From positions 64,001 to 128,000 of the forward strand of contig CAWJGT010000004.1 of the NCBI GenBank assembly GCA_963842525.1: DNA of 64,000 nucleotides, written 5' to 3'. Origin of the DNA: an uncultured Holophagales bacterium (lineage in GTDB: Bacteria > Acidobacteriota > Thermoanaerobaculia > Multivoradales > UBA5704). The notes under the pieces are model-generated. The model saw only the letters and a program-made list of their open reading frames with translations. It was not told the DNA's origin and did no database searches. Below are positions 1 to 8,846 of the stretch, in pieces (the stretch's first letter is position 1; the number at the start of each line of letters is the position of its first letter). Made by a program: the position numbers and the translations under genes.

Positions 1-724
1 CCAGGACCAGGAAGGCGTCGCACATGGGAGCCGAGCAGAACCACTTGTGGCCGGTCAGCTCGTACTCGGCCCCGGGACCACCTTCGAATCGATCCCCAAG
101 GGGGACCGCCCGGGTCGTATTGGCCCGCACATCCGATCCCCCCTGCTTCTCGGTCATGGCCATGCCGAAGAGCGCGCCGGCCTTCTCGCCGGGCGGCACC
201 AGCCGCGGGTCATAGGCATACGAGCAGATCCGGGGCTCCCACTCCGCGGCCAGCTCCGGCTGCATCCGCAAGGCCGGTATGGCCGAGTAGGTCATGGACA
301 GGGGGCAGCCCACACCGGCCTCGACCTGGGCGAGCGTCATGAACAGGGCCGCCCGAGCCACATGAGCACCAGCCTGCGGCTCGCACCAGGGCAAAGCATG
401 CAGCCCATGCTCGACCCCCAGGCCCAGGAGGGCATGCCAGGAGGGATGGAATTCGACGTCGTCGATCTGCCGTCCCGTCCGGTCGTGCGTCCGCAGCAAC
501 GGCCGGTTCTCGTTCGCCTGGAACCCCCAGGAGATCGTCTCCCGCCGCCCCACAATCGCGCCGAAAGCCCGAGCCCGCTCCTCCGCCCACCCCGCCCCCT
601 CCCGCCGGAGCGCCTCGACGAGCACCCGGTCGCAGGCGAAGACGTTGTAGTCCTCCAGCGGCGGAGGCTGGTTGAAGACCTCGTGGGTCGTGAAGGGCTC
701 CGTGGCCGGGATCGGACGGGCCAT
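1..724 (-). CDS. aidB: AidB-like acyl-CoA dehydrogenase (DNA alkylation response), 3' end runs off the window
   Basis: Manual minus-strand translation from ATG at 724 gives MARPIPATEPFTTHEVFNQPPPLEDYN...GMAMTEKQGGSDVRANTTRA...YELTGHKWFCSAPMCDAFLVL, which are AidB-type motifs. Not in the ORF track because no stop falls inside the window. Confidence 0.85.
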   Translation of the reverse strand, partial: MARPIPATEPFTTHEVFNQPPPLEDYNVFACDRVLVEALRREGAGWAEERARAFGAIVGRRETISWGFQANENRPLLRTHDRTGRQIDDVEFHPSWHALLGLGVEHGLHALPWCEPQAGAHVARAALFMTLAQVEAGVGCPLSMTYSAIPALRMQPELAAEWEPRICSYAYDPRLVPPGEKAGALFGMAMTEKQGGSDVRANTTRAVPLGDRFEGGPGAEYELTGHKWFCSAPMCDAFLVL

Positions 725-810
725 GAATAGAGGATAACCTGGGAGCCGGCTCCAGGCGCAGTTTCTCCCTGGGACCGCGGGCGTCCCGCCCGCCGGGATC
801 CTCGCCCGCT

Positions 811-1365
811 CAGCGGAGCTTGCCTCGTCTCTGGGCAGGCTTATGGCGGTTTGGCGGAGCTTGCACCGCCTCAGCGGAGCTTGCCTCGCTTCAAGGTAAG
901 CGAGTGGCGTCCTGGCGGAGCTTGGGTCGTCGTGGAGGAGCTTACCGCGGCTCAGGGCAAGCTTGCGTCAGCCTGGCGGAGCTTGCGTTGCTTCAGCGGA
1001 GCTTACGTCGGCTCAGCGTAAGCTCCGCTGGCACGATGTAAGCTCCGCCACGCCGATGCAAGCTTACATCGGCTCGCCGTAAGCTCCGCCAAGCTGGTGC
1101 AAGCTCCGCTGGCCCAATGCAAGCTTACATTGGCCCAACGTAAGCTCCGCTGGCGCGATGTAAGCTCCGCCACGGCGGTGTAAGCTTACATCGGCTCGCC
1201 GTAAGCTCCGCCAGGCTGATGCAAGCTCCGCTGGTCCAATGCAAGCTTACATTGGCTCAACGTAAGCTCCGCTGGCGCGATGTAAGCTCCGCCACGCCGA
1301 TGCAAGCTTACGTCGGCTTGCCGTAAGCTCCTCCAGGCCAACGCAAGCTCCGCTGGCGCGATGTT
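811..1365. repeat. Phased array of about 27 units with AGCT core at 20/20/21-bp spacing; orientation inverts near 1010
   Basis: Cores at 817, 838, 858, 878 ... 1000 read CGGAGCTTGC-like. Cores at 1021, 1041, 1061, 1082 ... 1346 read GCAAGCTCCG-like. The right half has a 122-bp higher-order repeat. Confidence 0.9.
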
Positions 1366-1910
1366 CATCTGCGGGGCTCCCTCGCCCGGGAAAGTCATCC
1401 GCCCGTTGGGATCTGGTGCCAGGGACTCGAGCAGGGCCGTGCGGCTCTGGGCTCGCGTGACGAAGGCTTGCTCCTGTTGGGCAAGCTAAGTTAGAACGCG
1501 GCAGCGAATGAGTTGCATATCCGTCGTCTATTACCAACGAGCTTCCCGGGTCAGGCCGCAGTCGCAATGCCCGGTTCGGACTCCTTGCGTTTCTTGTCCC
1601 GGAGCATCGCCCGGATCACCGTCACCGCCCTTTCGGCGCCAGATTCAGGAAGTCGTTCGGCGCCTGTGACCTCCCGGATATAGGCATCATCTACGATTAT
1701 CCGGACGGCAGCTCCACTCGCCACAGAGAGGACGAGCTCCTGTTGAACAGTAGCCTTGCGGCCGGTCGGCAGGGATCCGGAAATGCGAGAGCTGGAACTC
1801 GACGTCTCGCGTGTCTCCAGTGAAATGGCGTCACAGTAATGAATCTCGTTAGTCCACTCGTTTACCGCGATGTCGCGAAGGAAGTCGTAAAAGCAGGAGT
1901 ACGAGGCTAA

Positions 1911-2685
1911 GGGCTCGTCACGAAATAAGTGTCTCATCTGCGGGCTCTCTCGCCCCGGGAAGTCAACGCCGTCTGACGACTGCACCAAAGGTACGGCGCG
2001 ACGCTAGGAGCGCCAGCGTCTCGCCGGCATCATCAAGACAGCGGGCCGAAAGCCCGGCCTTCTGGGAAGAACGGCGGGAAGCGAGGTGGGGGTTCGGGCT
2101 GGCTGCGGAGGCCCATCGCCGGTCGCCGTAGCCGCGGGGACTGTGGGCCGGCGGGACGCCGGCGCTCCCAGTGGGCGATGGCTCGGCCCTTGCGCGAGTT
2201 CGAACCGCTGCCGCGGCGGCGACAACGCCCACCGCGGGACCAGCTACAGCCACCGCAGGGAGTTCGAACCGCTGCCGCGGCGGCGACAACGCCCGCCGCG
2301 GGACCAGCTACAGCCACCGCGGGGAGTTCGAACCGCTGCCGCGGCGGCGACAACGCCCACCGCGGGACCAGCTACAGCCACCGCGGGAAGTTCGAACCGC
2401 TGCCGCGGCGGCGACAACGCCCGCCGCGGGACCAGCTACAGCCACCGCGGGAAGTTCGAACCGCTGCCGCGGCGGCGGCAACGCCCACCGCGGCAGCAGC
2501 TCCATCCACCGCGGGGAGTTCGAACCAGTCCGCGGGACCAGCAGGACTGCCGGCTTCCCGCCCTAGATCCTACACTCCCGTTCAGCATGACACGATAGAC
2601 CGGGCTCTGCGGTGAGAACCTTCCTGGATCGCTGGCGAGCTTCTTTGGAAGACCGAAACTGCGACACTTATTTCGTGACGAGCCC
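1911..2685. mobile_element. Non-autonomous MITE, 775 bp, 23-bp perfect terminal inverted repeats, 3-bp TAA target duplication (IS5-family-like ends)
   Basis: GGGCTCGTCACGAAATAAGTGTC (1911-1933) and GACACTTATTTCGTGACGAGCCC (2663-2685); TAA at 1908-1910 and 2686-2688; no transposase inside. Confidence 0.85.
2197..2540. repeat. 64-bp tandem repeat, 5 full copies plus a partial one, inside the MITE
   Basis: AGTTCGAACC starts at 2197, 2261, 2325, 2389, 2453 and 2517; three CCGCGG-type cores per unit (about 21-bp sub-period). Confidence 0.95.
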
Positions 2686-3014
2686 TAAGTGGCGATCGGT
2701 GAGCCATAAGATGTTAACTCGGTAGACCCCGAAGCGCAGAGCTCCATCATCTCCTATTCTCCGCAATCCTAAATTCCGAGAATCAATATCAACGCCCTCG
2801 ATCCCCGCTCCTGGTTAGATAGACACCAGGGCAATGATGTTTGTTGACCTTCGGTAGTTTGGTTGGGCCGCCCTATCCCTTCACCGCCCCCGCCGTCAGA
2901 CGAGCGGCAGGAGCACCCTGGTAAAGGTCTGCTTGGCGGGCGCAGCATGCTGCGCCCCTACAGCCTGTTTGAGGAGATATCGGGTCGACCTTGCCCTGAA
3001 AGCTCCGCATGCGT

Positions 3015-3068
3015 CCCCCCTCTCCCGGTTGGGGGGAGGGCGATGGGAGAGGGGGACAGGGGGTGAGG
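3015..3068. repeat. Half copy of the CCCTCACCCC..CCTCTCCC REP-like palindrome family
   Basis: CCCCCTCTCCCGGT...GCGATGGGAGAGGGGGACAGGGGGTGAGG is nearly identical to the right arm at about 27086-27139. Confidence 0.8.
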
Positions 3069-3074
3069 AGCCGT

Positions 3075-4591
3075 CTACCCCAGGTCTTTGTTCGTCGGCC
3101 CGTTGAGGGCCCTGCCGTAGGGGTCGAAGCGCGAGCCGTGGCAAGGGCAATCCCAGGTGGATTCGGTCGAATTCCAGTGGACGACGCAGCCCAGGTGGGG
3201 GCACAGGGCGGACCTCTCGTGGAGGACGCCGTTCTCGTCCCGGTAGACGGCGTATTTGGCCAGCCCGCGCCGTACGACGGCCCCTCCTCCCGGCAGGATC
3301 TCGCGCTCGGACTCGACCTCGCCCGGCGTCAGCCAGTCCGCATACTGCGCGAGGATGTTGGCGTTCTCGACGATGAAGTCGCGCTCCGTGGCCCAGCGCG
3401 CGCGGCGGGGGTCGTAGAGGCCCGCCCAGGGATTCTCCCGGCCGAGGAGCAGGTCGGTGAGGAGCATGCCGGCGATGGTGCCGTGCGTCATGCCGTGCCC
3501 CGAATCGCCGGTGGCGATGAGGACGTTGCCGGGGCCGGTCAGCGGGCGTCCGAGGAAGGCGAGGCTGTCCACCGGCTCCAGGACCTGCCCGGACCAGCGA
3601 AATTCGACCTCCCGGATCGGGAACCGCTGCCGGGTCCAGGCCTCAAGCGACAGGAAGCGCTCGTCGCCGTCGTCCCGCTGGCCCGTCCGGTGGTCCTCGC
3701 CGCCCACGATCAGGATGTCCGTATCGCCGTTGTGGGAGCCGCCGCGCAGGCGCACGTAGTGGTAGGAGTCCAGGGTGTCCCAGTAGAGGGCCTTCGGAAT
3801 GGCGCCGTGGTCGATCCGTGCGCCGATCACATAGGTCCGGTAGGCGGCCTGGATCACGTCCTTGAAGAGGTCGTCGACGATCGGTGCGTTGGTCGCGACC
3901 ACGGCGGCGCGGGCCCGCACCACCGGCCCGCCCGCGGTCTGGACCCGGGCGTCGCACCCTCCTTCGACGCGGACGGCGCGCGTCCCGGTGTGGATCCGGC
4001 CGCCCCGGCGCTCGACCGCGCGCGCCAGCCCGGCGAGGTAGCGGACCGCGTCGATCTGGCCCTGGCCGGGGAAGCGCAGGCACGGTCCGGTGTCGAAGTC
4101 GGGCAGTGGGGCCGCGGCACGCGCTCGACGCCGGTCAGGCCCGCACGGCGGGCGGCATCGAGCTCGCGGCTCAGCTCGTCGACCGTCTCGCCCGGCGGCG
4201 CGAAGAGATATCCGTCCAGCCGCTCATAGCCGCAGTCGATCTCCTCGCGGGCGACGATCTCGCCAATGCGCTCGATCGCCGCCGTGTGGCTCTCGGCGGC
4301 GCGCCGCGCCCCGTCCTGCCCGAACAGCCGTTCGAGCTCGTAGTAGCGGTCGTCGAGCGCGTTCGAGAGGTGGGCGGTGGTGCGGCTCGTCTCGCCCCCG
4401 GCGATCGGCCCGTCGTCGAGAACCACGACCGAGACGCCGCTCTGGACGAGGTGCCAGGCGGTCGACAGCCCGGCGATGCCGGCTCCGACGATGCAGATGT
4501 CGGCCCGGGCGTCCGCGGTCAGAGGGCTGCGGACCGGCAGCTCGGTGTCGGCGGTCCAGACCGGAATGCACTGCCCCGCATCGGTCTTCAT
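3075..4591 (-). CDS. FAD-dependent oxidoreductase with C-terminal Rieske [2Fe-2S] domain (YhfW-like); 1-nt frameshift near 4112
   Basis: IVGAGIAGLS dinucleotide-binding motif; TGDSGHGMTHG; Rieske motifs CPHLGC and CPCHGSRF. Adding one G near 4112 joins the two ORF halves (VPRAPLPDFDTGPCLRF). Confidence 0.85.
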
Positions 4592-4695
4592 ACCACTCCC
4601 CAGCATTGGCGCAAAAAACGCCTTCCGCAAGGGGGGCGGGGAACCAAAAACGGTCCAAGACCGCATAGAATCGGTTGGGGTCAACCGGAGAAGAC

Positions 4696-5057
4696 ATGCA
4701 AGCCACCATGCGTACCCGCTTCTACTCCTCATCCCGCCCGTCGAGGCCGTGATCGGCCGTTTTTCGCCGATGATCGGGTTGCTCGAGAAGATCGGCGGGA
4801 AGGACGCGGCCGAGGTGCTCGGCTTCAGCATGGACGTGGCGCGGCAGGACGCCTGGAACCACGCCGTGATCCTGGCCCATCTGCCCTTGCGCCTCCAGGA
4901 GATCACCATCGACGCTCTCGACGGCAAGGTCTCGTTCCTGGGCAAGATCATCGCCAACCCCGTGGGGGTCGTGGGCAAGGCCGTCGAGCTGATCCGGATG
5001 ACCGAGAGCGACGACGTGCCGGCCATCATCGACGCCCTGAACAGCGTCGTGCAGTGA
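4696..5057 (+). CDS. Small hypothetical protein (about 120 aa); probable 1-nt frameshift near 4726
   Basis: GGAG RBS before ATG 4696. One extra C gives MQATMRTRFYSLIPPVEAVIGRF..., joining the frame that ends at 5057, which has GC3-rich codons. Confidence 0.55.
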
Positions 5058-5066
5058 GGAGCCCCC

Positions 5067-5570
5067 ATGCCCCCAATACCTGGCCCGCGCGTCCAGATGC
5101 TCCTGCGGATCCTCGACCAGGGCTTCGACCGCAAGTCCTGGCACGGCACCAACCTGCGCGGCTCGCTGCGCGGGGTGACGGCCGAGGAGGCAGCCTGGCG
5201 GCCGGCCCCGGACCGGCACAACATCTGGGAGCTGGCGGTCCACGCCGCCTACTGGAAATACTCGGTGGCGCGCCGCCTCCGTGGCGGCGAGCGGGGCTCG
5301 TTCCCCTTGAAAGGGAGCAACTGGTTTCCCCGGCCGCTCGGCCCTACCGATCGCGATCCGGACGAGAAGGCCTGGAAGGAGGATCTCGCGCTCCTCGGCC
5401 GGATGCACCGCGAGCTGCGCGAGGCGGTCGAGGAGCTACCCGACGATGCCCTCGACCAGATTCCTCCGGGCAGCAAGACCCGGCTGGACGACCTCATCTC
5501 CGGCGTGGCGTTTCACGACATCTACCACGCCGGACAGATTCAGATATTGAAGCGGCTGATGCGGAGCTGA
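5067..5570 (+). CDS. DinB-family protein
   Basis: WHG..L...L.GVT.EEA, HNIWELAVHAAYW, HDIYHAGQI metal-binding His motif. Confidence 0.85.
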   Translation: MPPIPGPRVQMLLRILDQGFDRKSWHGTNLRGSLRGVTAEEAAWRPAPDRHNIWELAVHAAYWKYSVARRLRGGERGSFPLKGSNWFPRPLGPTDRDPDEKAWKEDLALLGRMHRELREAVEELPDDALDQIPPGSKTRLDDLISGVAFHDIYHAGQIQILKRLMRS

Positions 5571-5682
5571 CGCTCGATATACTCGGCGGGGCCGGAAACC
5601 GCTTTCCGGCCAGCAGCTCCGGAGCTATCGTGAACCATCCAGCAGATGAGAGGGCCCATGACGGCCTTATAGCGAACAAGAC

Positions 5683-6861
5683 TTGGAGGCCATGCTCTGC
5701 GACCTCGAATCGGATGTGGCCGAGCGGAAAGAATCCTTCAAGGGTGACGCGCCAACCAAGGTACGTGAGGCCGTCTGTGCGTTCGCCAATGACCTGCCCG
5801 ACCACCGGCGGCCGGGCGTGATCTTCATCGGCGCGCGGGACGACGGGAGCCCGGCGGGGCTGGCGGTGACGGACGAGCTCCTCCGCCAGCTCGCAGACAT
5901 GAAGACCGACGGCAACATCGTCCCGCCGCCGACGCTGACCGTTGGGAAGCACCTGCTCCGTGGCTCTGAAATGGCCGTCGTGACCGTCTGGCCTGCGGAT
6001 TCACCTCCTGCTCGTTTCAAGGGACGGATCTGGGTCCGCGTCGGACCGAGAAGGGCCATCGCCCAGGACGAGCGCATCTTGAACGAGAAGAGACGGCACC
6101 GCGATCCCCATTTCGATGCGCAACCCGTTCCCGCGGCCACGCTGGCCGACCTCAGCCGGCGGCGTTTCGAGGAGGACTACCTGCCCTCCGCATTCAGCGC
6201 CGAGGTGCTGGCCGCGAACGACCGCAGCTATGAGCAGCGTCTCGCCTCGACCAAGATGGTCCTCTCGACCGATGTTCCGACGCCGACGGTGGCCGGGATC
6301 CTCGTCCTTGGCACCCGCCCGCGGGATTTCATCCCGAGCGCCTATGTGCAATTCCTTCGCGTGGCCGGCCTGGAATGGGGCGATCCGGTCCGCGACGAGG
6401 CCGTGCTGGAGGGACCGATCGGGGACCTGGTTCGGCGCGTCGACGAAAAGCTCGCCGCGCACAACCGGACGGCGGTCGACTTCACCTCCGGGCCGGTCGA
6501 GACCCGCTCTTCCACCTATCCGATGGCCGCCCTGCAGCAGCTCGTCCGCAATGCTGTCATGCACCGAGCCTATGAGGGGACGAACTCGCCGATCCGCGTT
6601 TACTGGTTCGACGATCGCATCGAGATCATCAGCCCGGGCGGTCCCTACGGCATCGTCACCTCGGAGACGTTCGGGCAACCCGGCGTCGTCGACTACCGCA
6701 ATCCGATCCTTGCCGAGGCGATGCGCGTGCTGGGGCTCGTGCAGCGCTTCGGTTTCGGCATTCCGACGGCACGCCGGGAGCTCCGCGAGAAAAACCACCC
6801 CGATCCCGCATTCCTCGTCGAACCCACCCGCGTCCAATGCACGGTATGGGCTCGTCGATAA
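5683..6861 (+). CDS. Schlafen/AlbA_2 domain plus RecG-C-like (HATPase_c_4) protein; true start may be 5658 with a frameshift
   Basis: ESDVAERKES, CAFAND, GVIFIGARDDG, NAVMHRAYE, DDRIEIISPGG, YRNPILAEAM..LGLVQRFGFGI. Confidence 0.85.
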   Translation: MEAMLCDLESDVAERKESFKGDAPTKVREAVCAFANDLPDHRRPGVIFIGARDDGSPAGLAVTDELLRQLADMKTDGNIVPPPTLTVGKHLLRGSEMAVVTVWPADSPPARFKGRIWVRVGPRRAIAQDERILNEKRRHRDPHFDAQPVPAATLADLSRRRFEEDYLPSAFSAEVLAANDRSYEQRLASTKMVLSTDVPTPTVAGILVLGTRPRDFIPSAYVQFLRVAGLEWGDPVRDEAVLEGPIGDLVRRVDEKLAAHNRTAVDFTSGPVETRSSTYPMAALQQLVRNAVMHRAYEGTNSPIRVYWFDDRIEIISPGGPYGIVTSETFGQPGVVDYRNPILAEAMRVLGLVQRFGFGIPTARRELREKNHPDPAFLVEPTRVQCTVWARR

Positions 6862-6890
6862 CTTGACCAGCCGTGTCCTTCCACAGCGTC

Positions 6891-8141
6891 TCACACCCGT
6901 TCGATCACCGCGGCGATCCCCTGGCCGCCGCCGATGCAGAGCGTGATGAGCGCTGTGCCCAGGCCGCGCCGTTCGAGCTCGTCCACGGCCGTGCCCAGGA
7001 GCATGGCTCCCGTGGCTCCGAGAGGATGCCCGAGCGCGATGGCGCCGCCGTTGACGTTGACCTTCTCCGGATCGATCCCCAGATTGCGGATCGTCTGCAG
7101 CGGGACCGTGGCGAAGGCTTCGTTGATCTCCCAGAGGTCGATGTCGCCCGGCTCCATGCCGGCCGCCGCGAGCGCCTTGCGGGAGGCCGGGGTCGGAGCG
7201 GTCAGCATGATCACCGGCTCGGCGCCGGCGGTGGCCATCGCCCGGATGCGCGCCCGGGGTTTCAGGCCGCGCTCCCGAACGTGCTCCTCCGAGGCGAGCA
7301 GGACCGCCGCCGCGCCGTCCACCACGCCGCTCGAGTTGCCGGCGGTGTGCACGTGGCGGATCTCCTGCACCTGGGGGTAGCGCCGCAGGGCGATCTCGTC
7401 CCAGGTCTCCTCGCTGTCCGCGGGCCGGGAGGCGCCGAAGGCCGCGAACGAGGGGGCGAGCTGGGCGAGGCCCTCCAGGGTGGTGTCCGGGCGCAGGTGC
7501 TCGTCCTTCTCCAGGACGATCCGGCCGGTCTCCGGATCGAGCACCGGGAACAGGCTGCGCGAGAAACGGCACTCGGCCTGCGCCCGCGCGGCACGCCGCT
7601 GGGACAACAGGGCGAAGGCATCCACGTCCTCGCGCGAGAAGCCTTCGAGGGTGGCGATCAGGTCGGCGCTGATCCCTTGGGGCACCTGCCAGACCTTCCC
7701 TCGCAGCCGCAGGTTGCCGCCGTCCTGGCCCGCGCCGTCCGAGCCGATGCCGTTGCGCGACATGCTCTCGACGCCTCCGGCCACGACCAGCCGCTGCATC
7801 CCGGACATCACGCCCATGGCGCCGAAATGGACCGCCTGGAGGCCGGAGCCACAGAAGCGGTTCAAGGTGACGCCGGTCACCTCCTCGGGCCAGCCGGCCG
7901 CGAGGACGGCATTGCGGGCGATATTCGCTCCCTGCTCGCCCGCCTGGGAGACGCATCCGACGACCACGTCGTCGACCTCCCGCCGGTCGAGGCCGGTGCG
8001 CCCGGCGAGAGCTTCGAGGGTCTGGGCGAACAGCTCCTGGGGATGAATGTGGGACAGAGCTCCCTTGCCGGCCTTGCCGCGTCCGCGGGGGGTCCGGACG
8101 GCATCGAGGATGTAGGCGTGCGAGGTCTGATTTTGAGGCAT
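6891..8141 (-). CDS. Acetyl-CoA C-acetyltransferase (thiolase)
   Basis: [39 protein letters not shown]. Confidence 0.95.
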   Translation of the reverse strand: MPQNQTSHAYILDAVRTPRGRGKAGKGALSHIHPQELFAQTLEALAGRTGLDRREVDDVVVGCVSQAGEQGANIARNAVLAAGWPEEVTGVTLNRFCGSGLQAVHFGAMGVMSGMQRLVVAGGVESMSRNGIGSDGAGQDGGNLRLRGKVWQVPQGISADLIATLEGFSREDVDAFALLSQRRAARAQAECRFSRSLFPVLDPETGRIVLEKDEHLRPDTTLEGLAQLAPSFAAFGASRPADSEETWDEIALRRYPQVQEIRHVHTAGNSSGVVDGAAAVLLASEEHVRERGLKPRARIRAMATAGAEPVIMLTAPTPASRKALAAAGMEPGDIDLWEINEAFATVPLQTIRNLGIDPEKVNVNGGAIALGHPLGATGAMLLGTAVDELERRGLGTALITLCIGGGQGIAAVIERV

Positions 8142-8153
8142 GTCTGATCTCCG

Positions 8154-8170
8154 GTACGAACGATCGTACG
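8154..8170. promoter_or_regulatory. Probable TetR operator upstream of the thiolase
   Basis: GTACGA-ACGA-TCGTAC palindrome; aligns with TGCGAACGGTCGTTCTA upstream of tetR. Confidence 0.65.
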
Positions 8171-8219
8171 ATTTTGGAAACGGTGTGGAGCGGCGTTCTC
8201 TCTCATTGGGCCGTCCTCC

Positions 8220-8810
8220 TCAGACGCGGCAGTCGGCGAGCAGCCGCTCGAAGGCGTAGCGGGCACGGGCCTCGGCGCGCGGATCGCGCAGCAGCCGCCG
8301 GGAGTCGTGGTAGCCGAGGGTGATCGCGTAGAAATCGAAAGCGAACTGCTCGGGGTCGAGGCCGGTCCGGAAGTGTCCGGCTTCCTGGGCGATGCGGGCC
8401 GCCTTGGCAAGCGCGGCCACGCGGGCGCGATGCGCCTGGACCAGGAAATCGCGGAGCGGCCCCGGCCGGTCGTCCAGCTCCGCCGAGGCGGCGATCAGGG
8501 GACAGCCACCGGGCATGTCCTGGCCGTTGATCCATTCGATCCACCGGTCGAACAGGGCGCGGATGCGCGGCTCGCCCCGCGGCCCGGTGAGAGCCGGGCG
8601 GATGACCTCGTATTCGAAGCGGTGGACCGCGCTCTGGAGGACCTGGAGCTGGAGCTCGTCCTTGGAGCCGAAATGGGCGAAGAGGCCGCTCTTCGACAGC
8701 CCCAGCTCGGCCGACAGCGTGCCGATGGTCAACCCCTCCAGGCCGTCCCGGCTGGCGAGGCGGACGGCCTGGTCGACGATACGGTCGCGGGTCTCGGCTC
8801 CCTTGCCCAT
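8220..8810 (-). CDS. TetR/AcrR-family transcriptional regulator
   Basis: GLEGLTIGTLSAELGLSKSGLFAHFGSKDEL helix-turn-helix; GGCP C-domain motif. Confidence 0.95.
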   Translation of the reverse strand: MGKGAETRDRIVDQAVRLASRDGLEGLTIGTLSAELGLSKSGLFAHFGSKDELQLQVLQSAVHRFEYEVIRPALTGPRGEPRIRALFDRWIEWINGQDMPGGCPLIAASAELDDRPGPLRDFLVQAHRARVAALAKAARIAQEAGHFRTGLDPEQFAFDFYAITLGYHDSRRLLRDPRAEARARYAFERLLADCRV

Positions 8811-8816
8811 GGCGGT

Positions 8817-8846
8817 ATTATGCGAACGGTCGTTCTATTTTGTCAA
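8817..8846 (-). promoter_or_regulatory. Sigma70-type, probably leaderless tetR promoter with operator between -35 and -10
   Basis: Minus strand TTGACA-18 bp-CATAAT-6 bp-ATG; the spacer contains the palindrome GAACG-AC-CGTTC. Confidence 0.7.

Larger units (their letters stand above)
1551..2814 (-). pseudogene. Hypothetical protein gene interrupted by a MITE (segments 2689-2814 and 1551-1910)
   Basis: Removing 1911-2685 plus one TAA restores a continuous frame ...LRRIGDDGALRFGVYRVNILWLTDRH-L-ASYSCFYDFLRD...; both flanks are visibly lower in GC. An in-frame stop lies at 2815-2817, so the 5' part is missing or degraded. Confidence 0.6.

Noticed and set aside
811-1365. CRISPR or TIGR-like guide array
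   Set aside because: The constant core is only about 9 bp, the intervening segments are about 11 bp and recur, orientation flips, and there is no cas or Nop-domain gene in the window.
1551-1988. Intact 145-aa gene as given in the ORF track
   Set aside because: Its first 26 codons come from the MITE; the native frame continues at 2689.
2197-2540. CRISPR array (64-bp period)
   Set aside because: Whole units are near-identical, with no unique spacers.
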